DNA of 57,879 nucleotides from a virus (taxonomy: Duplodnaviria; Caudoviricetes). The notes below the pieces were generated by a model, which was given only the letters and a program-made list of their open reading frames with translations, had not been told where the DNA came from and searched no databases. The DNA lies in the IMG/VR virus record IMGVR_UViG_3300046011_002458, positions 1-57,879 of that record; one strand, 5' to 3'. Below are positions 16,563-23,680 of this stretch, piece after piece (within the stretch, counting starts at the first letter, position 1; every line of letters begins with the position of its first letter). Both the position numbers and the translations under genes were made by a program.

Positions 16563-17483
16563 TCAGCCACGGTAGTAGTAAGGGTTGTAGACGGGGAAGT
16601 TGTTGTTCGTCATCGTCTGCGGGGTCGACATGCCGCGAGCAACAAGGCCAGTCGGTGGGTTCTGCGCTTCGTACTGCGCGCGATAGCGAGCGCCGATTGC
16701 CTGAGCCTCAGCCACTGGGTCGTAGGCGGGGGCTTGGCCAACTTGGCCAGGAGCACCGGGAACCGCTGCGCCAGCGTTCGCCTGGTTTGTGAAGTCCTGC
16801 ACGCTGGCCTCGTAGCGAGCGCGCTGATTTGCAATCTGCTGCTCCTCGTAGGTGCGCTGCTCGTCCTGAGCCTTCTGCATGCCAGCACCTTGGATTGCGC
16901 CACCGAGAAGCTGCGTGCCGCCACTGATCGCGGCAAACTGACCCATGGGGCTCAGGCTACCGATCAGGCCTTTGGCCGCAGGCGCTGCAGCGCCGGCAGC
17001 TCCGGCAGCTCCAGTGGTTGCCCCAGCAGTCCCGGCAGCGCCGGCGGAACCTGCGGCTGCGGTACCCGCGACTTCAGCACCAGTGACTGCGGCTCCTGCC
17101 GCGCCCGCTGCGGCTGCAGTGTTCGCAGCCTGCAGCGCAGTGGTGGTGCCACCAAAGCCCGCAGACAAAGAGCTGCCGGCGGCGCTGAGGTTGCCAGACA
17201 GGGCCGAGCTCCAGGCGGTGGACAGACTGGTTGCGGCGTTGGCCACGCCAGTGCCCATGCCGGATAGGAAGCTCCCTCCGGCCGCCGATGAACTGAAGCC
17301 GCCCGCTAGGGCTGCACCTCCGAAGTAAACGGCCGCAGCGACCAAGATGATTTTGCCGATCTTGGAGGAGGCGATTTTCTTCACGCCATCCACGACGGCG
17401 GTGGCCACCTTCTTCACGACGTTCACGACGCCCTTGACGACCTTGCTGATCGCACGGCCAACGCTCTTGACTAGCTTACTCAT
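16563..17483 (-). CDS. Gly/Ala-rich DNA pilot/ejection protein with hydrophobic segment
   Basis: Amphipathic Lys/Val N-terminus, TM-like stretch, GA-rich. Confidence 0.7.
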   Translation of the reverse strand: MSKLVKSVGRAISKVVKGVVNVVKKVATAVVDGVKKIASSKIGKIILVAAAVYFGGAALAGGFSSSAAGGSFLSGMGTGVANAATSLSTAWSSALSGNLSAAGSSLSAGFGGTTTALQAANTAAAAGAAGAAVTGAEVAGTAAAGSAGAAGTAGATTGAAGAAGAAAPAAKGLIGSLSPMGQFAAISGGTQLLGGAIQGAGMQKAQDEQRTYEEQQIANQRARYEASVQDFTNQANAGAAVPGAPGQVGQAPAYDPVAEAQAIGARYRAQYEAQNPPTGLVARGMSTPQTMTNNNFPVYNPYYYRG

Positions 17484-17929
17484 GATTCATTTCCTCTCAC
17501 GTAACCAAGGTTGAGTGACTCACGAGTGAAGCCCAACCGATTAAACAACTTGACCAGACGCGGATCTGCGCCTGGCTCCAACTCGATGACCGCCAGCTTG
17601 ATGGCCGATCGACTCTTGACCCACTTCGCGAACTCGCGCAGCAGCGGCGCGCCAGCGCCAGGCACTCGGGTGTAGTACAGCAGCACCGAGCACTGCATCT
17701 TGTGAAACCAAAAGCCCTGCTGCACGCACGCGACCACCGCCGCCACCACCTCGCCGTCCTGCTCCGACACCCACACAAAGTGAGCTGGGTTCAAGCAGGT
17801 GCGAACCGTGTCCGCCATCGCCGCCTTGTCGATCTTGACCGGCAACGGATCGATGGACACAGACTCCACCGCGATGTCCACGATGGCATCGATGTCGGCG
17901 GGTGTGGCCTTGCGAAAAATCATGCTCAA
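17480..17929 (-). CDS. GNAT-fold acetyltransferase-like protein
   Basis: FRKATPADI...VWVSEQDGEVVA...LFNRLGF. Confidence 0.75.
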   Translation of the reverse strand: MSMIFRKATPADIDAIVDIAVESVSIDPLPVKIDKAAMADTVRTCLNPAHFVWVSEQDGEVVAAVVACVQQGFWFHKMQCSVLLYYTRVPGAGAPLLREFAKWVKSRSAIKLAVIELEPGADPRLVKLFNRLGFTRESLNLGYVRGNES

Positions 17930-18948
17930 ATTCTTGGGATGGCCGTGTTGTAGAAACGCTCAGCCCAAGCGATTTGGCCGTTGGCGTAGTTCACCAGCGA
18001 CTGCACCTGCGCGGCACGTTCTGCAGCGGTCGGTCGACCGTCTGCGCTCATGGGTTGCGCATACACGTTGCCCACGCCCTGCATCACGGTGTTGCTGACG
18101 TTGGCCGCAAACTGCGTTGGGATCTGGGCGTTGCTCGCCTTGATCTGCAAGCCCATCTTGTCGAGCTCCATTTGGTTTTGCAGGATCTGGCGGCGCTCGA
18201 GGTTGTTCTGCTCGACGTTGAACTGGCTGCTCTTGAGTGCGAGCTCTTTGTCGAAGCGGTTTGTGATGCCGGCCTGCTCGAGCTGGATGGATGCCTCGCG
18301 CGATGCGATGTCACGCGCCTGGCGGAAGTCCATGCCCGACTCCTGCAGCATTTGCATCTGCTTGTTGTAGTCGTTCTGAATCTTGGTTTGGCCAGCCTGG
18401 AACTCTTGCTGACCAACTTGCAGGTTGCTTTGCTGGTTGCGATCGAGCTGGGCCTGCTGGCCCTGGAAGTTTTGCTGCAGCGTCTGCTGGCCAAACTTGT
18501 TGATCTCGCCGGCGTTGAATTGGCCAGACGTGTTCAGCGTGTTCGCGTTCTCGGCGGCGACCTGGTTGTAGGTGGCGGCGTCCTGAGCGGCGATCGGGGC
18601 TGCCTTGTCGATCATCGCAGCCACGCCAGCGCCCTGGGCCATGGAGCTGTTGACCAACCCCCGCTGAGCCATGTTCTGGGTGGCCAGCGTGCGTGCGCGG
18701 GCCATCAGGGGGCTGTCCTTGGACAGGATCGAATTGACCTGGCCCTGCACCGTGCCTGTGGGCTGGTCCACCTGGCGAGTGGTGGGGGCGTAGGTCGCCA
18801 CGTTCGGGGTGGTGGGGGCGGTTGTGCCCACGTTGCCGGGCAGCTCGCCAGACGTGGTGGGCTTCTGCGTCATGGCACCACCCACGATGCCCGTGTTGGT
18901 CGCCTTCGGCTGCTGCGTGTCAAATGGATTTTCTACGGTGGTAGCCAT
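17926..18948 (-). CDS. Gln-rich internal virion/ejection protein
   Basis: RGLVNSSMAQGAG..A.PIAAQDA motif typical of podoviral ejection proteins. Confidence 0.7.
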   Translation of the reverse strand: MATTVENPFDTQQPKATNTGIVGGAMTQKPTTSGELPGNVGTTAPTTPNVATYAPTTRQVDQPTGTVQGQVNSILSKDSPLMARARTLATQNMAQRGLVNSSMAQGAGVAAMIDKAAPIAAQDAATYNQVAAENANTLNTSGQFNAGEINKFGQQTLQQNFQGQQAQLDRNQQSNLQVGQQEFQAGQTKIQNDYNKQMQMLQESGMDFRQARDIASREASIQLEQAGITNRFDKELALKSSQFNVEQNNLERRQILQNQMELDKMGLQIKASNAQIPTQFAANVSNTVMQGVGNVYAQPMSADGRPTAAERAAQVQSLVNYANGQIAWAERFYNTAIPRI

Positions 18949-18960
18949 GTGCGGCCTTTC

Positions 18961-18989
18961 AAACGAAAACGCCCCGGCTCAGCGGGGCG
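18961..18989 (-). terminator. intrinsic terminator between endolysin and ejection genes
   Basis: CGCCCCG-loop-CGGGGCG-TTTTCGTTT on minus strand. Confidence 0.7.
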
Positions 18990-19047
18990 AGAGTGGGCAA
19001 ACTCCAGGCGGATTCGCCCGAAACGGATTCTAAATCATTGTGATAGT

Positions 19048-19710
19048 TCACGCCAGCCCCTGCAAATGGGGGCTATTCATGGCCGCCACGTACAGCTTTT
19101 GACGGTCGGCCAGGCCGATGTCGCCGCCGTTGATCCGCTTGGTCATGGCCACCACGTCGCCCTTGTCGGCCAGCGCGTTCAGGCCGTTGGCGGACCAGAA
19201 CCAGCCCGCCGACAGCGCGGCATTGACCGGCTCGAGCAGGCGCTCGGGGTTGGCGATCAAGTCTTCGCCGATCGCGTCGCCGCACTTCTTGTAGTTGCTG
19301 CGGCCGGTGAGCTGCTTGAGCCCGCGACCGATGAAGCGGCTGCCATCGCCAGGCTCGGTGTTGCCCAGGTTTTTGCGCCCGAACTCGCCGCCGTATAGCA
19401 GGTTAGCCAGCATCTCTTGGTTGGCCTTCTGGCCGATGGCGTCGTTGCGGCCGTACTTGCGCGCGTCCGCCTCGCTGATCCGGTGGCGGCCAAACAAAGA
19501 CAGCAGCGCCTCAACCTTGTAATTCAGGCCCTCGGTGATGCGGGACAAGCCGCCCGACTCGACGCCGATCTGGCTGAGGAAGCCGGCCACGCGCAGGGGT
19601 GTGTTGATCTCGTAGGCCTTGCACGCGCCCTCGATGAATGGCTGGTACTTGGCCGCGTTGTCGCGAGTTGCGCCGGTGGCGGCCATGATCATTTCAATGC
19701 TGATATTCAT
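19048..19710 (-). CDS. glycoside hydrolase family 19 endolysin
   Basis: FLSQIGVESGG..E.LNY; GDG.RFIGRGLKQLTGRSNY; SAGWFW; TKRINGG..GL.DR. Confidence 0.92.
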   Translation of the reverse strand: MNISIEMIMAATGATRDNAAKYQPFIEGACKAYEINTPLRVAGFLSQIGVESGGLSRITEGLNYKVEALLSLFGRHRISEADARKYGRNDAIGQKANQEMLANLLYGGEFGRKNLGNTEPGDGSRFIGRGLKQLTGRSNYKKCGDAIGEDLIANPERLLEPVNAALSAGWFWSANGLNALADKGDVVAMTKRINGGDIGLADRQKLYVAAMNSPHLQGLA

Positions 19711-20213
19711 AGCTTGCCTTTGAGTTGTTGGATTTCGCCGCCTTTATCCTTGGAGCCTTGCGAGCTGCCACGGTGAAAGTTCAGCACGGTGCCGCACATG
19801 GTGATGAGCGAGCCAAGCGCCATGTAGACCAGCTCTTTGTTCTGCTCCGGCACGCCTTTGATGAAGGCAAACCACGCCAAGAAGATGGTGGAGGCCACGA
19901 TGCCGATGTCCAGCGCGTAAGCGGTGTTCTTGGCCAACCAAGAGGCGCTGGCAGAGTCCTGGATCTTGGTGTTCATTTCGCGCGCGCTGGCCGTGTTGGC
20001 GTTGTGCAACTCGAACTGCTTCACGTCGATCTCGGCCAGCTTCTGCGCAGCCTCTGGGTCCGCCTGGATGGCAGCAGCGACGGCCTCGACCGTGTCCTCG
20101 ACACCCAGCTTCTCAGCGATGGCGCGAACGGCCATGCCACCCATTGGGCCGGCAACCGCCGTGGCCAGCATGGGGGCTACCGTCTTTAAAAGTCCTGCAA
20201 GTACGTCGTTCAT
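19707..20213 (-). CDS. holin-like membrane protein
   Basis: Two C-terminal TM segments ending F.GSS.GSKDK; adjacent to endolysin. Confidence 0.7.
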   Translation of the reverse strand: MNDVLAGLLKTVAPMLATAVAGPMGGMAVRAIAEKLGVEDTVEAVAAAIQADPEAAQKLAEIDVKQFELHNANTASAREMNTKIQDSASASWLAKNTAYALDIGIVASTIFLAWFAFIKGVPEQNKELVYMALGSLITMCGTVLNFHRGSSQGSKDKGGEIQQLKGKL

Positions 20214-20830
20214 CAGTTACCCCTTTTGGTTAGCATGGCGCTGGCAATCTCCAGCATGAATTTGATTTGCTCCAGGCTCTCTGGCTGCTGCGCCCAGCCC
20301 ACTGTGATCTGCCCAACAAAACGGTGGTTGTCAGGCGGCACACTGATGCGGCAGGTGAAGGTCACACCCTTCTCGATGTACCAAAGCCCAACCTCGGATT
20401 GCGCGTAGCGGTACTCGGAGCACGGAATGTCGTTGGTCATCAGCTTGATGACGTCGCCGTTGTTCGCTGAGTTCTGACTGAACAGGCCGACGTCGATGTC
20501 CTCAATGCTCTTGTCGCGCCCGTCTTTTGTGTAGGCCTTGTAGAGAACCCGGCTGTTGAATAGTGGGTTGACTTTGAAGACTGCCACCACGGTGGCTCCG
20601 GTCTTCTTAAACAGCATGGCTGCCGTCTCATCTGCCCGGCTGGTGTTGATCTCCGGCAGCTTCTGAGATTCCTTGTAGGCGTCCCGCATGAACTCTTGGT
20701 TCTGCCACAGAAAGTAACCAGCGAAAGCCACAATGCCCATCACCAAAATGGCGAAGAGCTTGAATGGCGAATCGACGTACCCAAGAACTTTGTCCAGCGT
20801 CGAATTGGCGTTAAGTTTTTCATCGGCCAC
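20213..20830 (-). CDS. single-TM protein with GAF-like soluble domain resembling T4 T/T5-type holin
   Basis: N-terminal TM, MLFKKTGATVVAVFKVNP and FVGQITVGW..P patterns. Confidence 0.55.
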   Translation of the reverse strand: MADEKLNANSTLDKVLGYVDSPFKLFAILVMGIVAFAGYFLWQNQEFMRDAYKESQKLPEINTSRADETAAMLFKKTGATVVAVFKVNPLFNSRVLYKAYTKDGRDKSIEDIDVGLFSQNSANNGDVIKLMTNDIPCSEYRYAQSEVGLWYIEKGVTFTCRISVPPDNHRFVGQITVGWAQQPESLEQIKFMLEIASAMLTKRGN

Positions 20831-21314
20831 AGTTAACCGCCTTGCAATAAATCAGCAGCTCGATGCCGCCCCACACCAACACGCCGACAGTGACGCTCCC
20901 AAGGATGATGGCAGTCCAAAGTTCGAGGTCTTCGCGGCGCTTCTTGCGCGCCTGCTTGGCCGCATCGGAAGCGCGCCTGCGCTGCGCCTTGTCGTCTTCG
21001 TCCATCTGCTTGCGACGGTTGACGATCTTTTCCCACACGTCCATGTTGTTCGGGAAGAACAGGCCCTTGACCTGCTCCTCGAACTGCCTGGCACTTTCGA
21101 TGGCGAGCTCCAGCTCCACGGCCTTGCCCATGTTGGAGCCCTTGAAGCCGCCCTTGTTGACTTCCTCGAGCACCTTGACCGCGTCGGCCTTGGCGTCGAA
21201 GTACTTGCCAAGCACAGGGCCAAGACTGCGCACATCATCGACCGTCTTGACGGCCTTCTTGACCAGGTTGACGGCGGTGGTGACCGCAGCAAGCGCGGTG
21301 AATGGATCGATCAT
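20820..21314 (-). CDS. coiled-coil protein with C-terminal TM (lysis cassette)
   Basis: MIDPFTALA..; AAGGAG upstream; C-terminal hydrophobic helix. Confidence 0.75.
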   Translation of the reverse strand: MIDPFTALAAVTTAVNLVKKAVKTVDDVRSLGPVLGKYFDAKADAVKVLEEVNKGGFKGSNMGKAVELELAIESARQFEEQVKGLFFPNNMDVWEKIVNRRKQMDEDDKAQRRRASDAAKQARKKRREDLELWTAIILGSVTVGVLVWGGIELLIYCKAVNCGR

Positions 21315-21412
21315 AGAAGAGCCCTAACAAGAGGTATCGTCTCCTTAACAACGAGCAGCACCACCACCACAAGGGCGACAGCCGCCGCGAGGGAGATGAG
21401 CCAATCTTTCAT
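21311..21412 (-). CDS. 33-aa membrane peptide
   Basis: MKDWLISLAAAVALVVVVLLVVKETIPLVRALL; ATGA overlaps at both ends. Confidence 0.55.
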   Translation of the reverse strand: MKDWLISLAAAVALVVVVLLVVKETIPLVRALL

Positions 21413-21621
21413 TTTGCGAGTAGCTGAGCGAGCAGCATGATGATTGCCCCGAAGCCGGACATCACCGCGACAGCGCTGCCAATCATCAGGGACTCAATGC
21501 GCTTGAGCCGCGCATTGCTTGATCGGAACTGAACTTCAATTCCTTCGTATCGTTGCGCACAAACCGCTTCGTGCGTGTTGAGTTGGGCTTCGACTGCTGA
21601 TACCACTTGCAGCTCCTTCAT
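21409..21621 (-). CDS. XhlA-like small holin/hemolysin-type protein
   Basis: HEAVCAQRYE.I...LKRIE followed by a TM helix. Confidence 0.65.
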   Translation of the reverse strand: MKELQVVSAVEAQLNTHEAVCAQRYEGIEVQFRSSNARLKRIESLMIGSAVAVMSGFGAIIMLLAQLLAK

Positions 21622-21978
21622 TTACTTCAGGTTGGTTAACTTGTAGAGCGTGGACAGGTAAAGGCCCACAATCTCGTCGACGATGTTCTGCATCGCACGC
21701 TCGTCTTTACCGACGGCGGCGTCGCGATTGCTCTCAAGCCAAGCGAGTTGGTCGCGCATGGACTTAATGATGTCGCCAGGAAACTCGTTGTCCAGCAGCG
21801 GGATCTCGATGATCCCCTTGCGGCCCTGGTAGGCCTCGGCCAGGCTGTCGGCAAGATCGACGACGGCCGGGTAGAAGTCGCCGAGCGCCATGTGGTGTGC
21901 GTAGCTCTTCGTGCGCAGGTGCTCGCGGTGTGCGAGCTCGCGCGCTAGGAAGAGGACGGCGATGAATTGACCGATCAT
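21622..21978 (-). CDS. ferritin/Dps-like four-helix protein (DUF5856-like)
   Basis: AH..HL.T.SYA.H.AL..FY......D..AE.YQG; NIVDEI..L...T.YKL. Confidence 0.75.
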   Translation of the reverse strand: MIGQFIAVLFLARELAHREHLRTKSYAHHMALGDFYPAVVDLADSLAEAYQGRKGIIEIPLLDNEFPGDIIKSMRDQLAWLESNRDAAVGKDERAMQNIVDEIVGLYLSTLYKLTNLK

Positions 21979-21994
21979 TGGGTTGACCCCTACA

Positions 21995-22279
21995 TCATTG
22001 TGATGGTTGAGCGGTGCCGAGTGTCGCCTCGTGCTCTGCATTTCGCTGTGCGCCGGACTTCACCCAGCCGCGAGCGAATGCCAGTTCAACGAGCTCGTCT
22101 TTCGTGCTTGGCACGGCGGTGTTTGAGTCGAAGCACTTTTGCATCGCAATTGCCGCGATCTCATCCATGGCCACCCTGCAGCGTTCTTTGGCGGCGTGGT
22201 TGATCCAGTCACCCTGAGAGAGGGCTACATACCCGAGAGCTTTGTCTTCGGCGCTTGTGAGTTGCACTGTGTAGTTCAT
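21995..22279 (-). CDS. small fibre-associated protein, paralog of 23392-23667
   Basis: T..L..AE.KAL..VA.S..DWIN.A..ERCR.A.DEI shared. Confidence 0.8.
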   Translation of the reverse strand: MNYTVQLTSAEDKALGYVALSQGDWINHAAKERCRVAMDEIAAIAMQKCFDSNTAVPSTKDELVELAFARGWVKSGAQRNAEHEATLGTAQPSQ

Positions 22280-22288
22280 GTGAGTTCC

Positions 22289-23329
22289 TTATCCAATCAA
22301 AAAGCCAGAGAATGAGCAGCGACCAAGGTCGAGTGAAAAAGATGTGCTGTTGTTGTTGGCAACGTAAACAGTTACGGAGTCGCTGGCATTGAGCTGAACA
22401 ATTGCAAAACCGGTCGACGATGCGTAGGCCGCCCCATACGCGATTGTCAATTCAGCACCGCTGTATATGACGCCGTTGATAAACAGGTTTGCTTGCGGTC
22501 CACCTGTTCCAGTGGTTGGAGTTATTTTTACCAAGAACAGATATGCCCCAGAGACTGGCGCGGTAAATGTGCTGGAAGAAAATGACGTGACTCGCGACCC
22601 AATAGAGAACACAGAGGCGAAAGGAACCTGCTGATAAACCTGTGCTCCAGACCACGATTGAAAGCCTGAACCGCAGGCCATAAACGCCGTCTGGTAAGGC
22701 ATCCGAACACGGCCAAGCGCGTCTACGATCATGCGCGCCGTAGGCGTGACGTTCGTTCCAATAGCAACAGTGTTATCGGGGTCGGCGTACATCGTGACTC
22801 CGCCGCCGCCAACAAGAACGGCTGATTTCGACCAGACGACGGAAACGCTGCTTGCAAAACCATTTGCACTCGCCGATCTCTGATAGCCACTGGCCAATAC
22901 TGCGGCGGCGCTGTTCTCCTGGTTGAAGATGTTCGCGTAGTTCTGCCCGTTCGGCCACTTGAAGCTAATGTTCTTCGTTGAATCCAAGGTGAAGCTTGGC
23001 GTGGTTGGGACCGCTCCCAACCCCAAGTTGCCGCCGGAGTCGATACGCATGCGCTCTGAGCCACCAGTGCCGTACCAGATATGTTGAATGTTGTTTGAAC
23101 CATCGTTGGTGATCTGGTAGCCGTTTGTTACGCCGGAAATGCCAAACGTATACGCATTACCGTTTTGCCCGGAGGCGGCAACTGCGTAAATAGCGCCCGC
23201 CGTGTTTGACGTTTGATTGACTTGCAGCTTTGCCAGCGTTGGCGAACTCGTCCCCACCCCCACGTTGCCCGTCGTCGGATCGACGAACAAGGACTTCACC
23301 AGGTTCGCAAGTTTTCTTGGAAAGCTCAT
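22289..23329 (-). CDS. short secondary tail fibre/adhesin with C1q-like tip
   Basis: GNVGVGTSSPT, ERMRIDS.G repeats; FTAPVSGAYLF...LNASDSV...FSGFLIG. Confidence 0.8.
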   Translation of the reverse strand: MSFPRKLANLVKSLFVDPTTGNVGVGTSSPTLAKLQVNQTSNTAGAIYAVAASGQNGNAYTFGISGVTNGYQITNDGSNNIQHIWYGTGGSERMRIDSGGNLGLGAVPTTPSFTLDSTKNISFKWPNGQNYANIFNQENSAAAVLASGYQRSASANGFASSVSVVWSKSAVLVGGGGVTMYADPDNTVAIGTNVTPTARMIVDALGRVRMPYQTAFMACGSGFQSWSGAQVYQQVPFASVFSIGSRVTSFSSSTFTAPVSGAYLFLVKITPTTGTGGPQANLFINGVIYSGAELTIAYGAAYASSTGFAIVQLNASDSVTVYVANNNSTSFSLDLGRCSFSGFLIG

Positions 23330-23391
23330 GCTTGTGCTCCTTCAATTGCGTGCGACTGAGAGCACGACTTAGGCATTGTGATAGTCATCGC

Positions 23392-23667
23392 TTAGGCTGC
23401 GGGCTGCTGGCGGGCGGCTTGTTCGGCTTCCATGCGTGCCTGGCGGTCCGCAGCAGATTCGATCTGCGCAGCCATCACGATGTCGTCTTTGCTGCCAGTG
23501 ATTGGCTCGCCGGCATCCAGCTTGCGCTTCACCTCAGCGGCCACGATTTCGTCGATGGCGATGCGGCAGCGCTCATGCACTGCGTTGTTGATCCAGTCCT
23601 CGGGGGACACGGCGACGGATGCCAGGGCTTTGTGCTCGGCGGCGGAGAGAGTGAGTGTGAAGTTCAT
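23392..23667 (-). CDS. small fibre-associated protein, paralog of 21995-22279
   Basis: AAGGA SD; paralogy. Confidence 0.8.
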   Translation of the reverse strand: MNFTLTLSAAEHKALASVAVSPEDWINNAVHERCRIAIDEIVAAEVKRKLDAGEPITGSKDDIVMAAQIESAADRQARMEAEQAARQQPAA

Positions 23668-23680
23668 GATGTTGTCCTTT

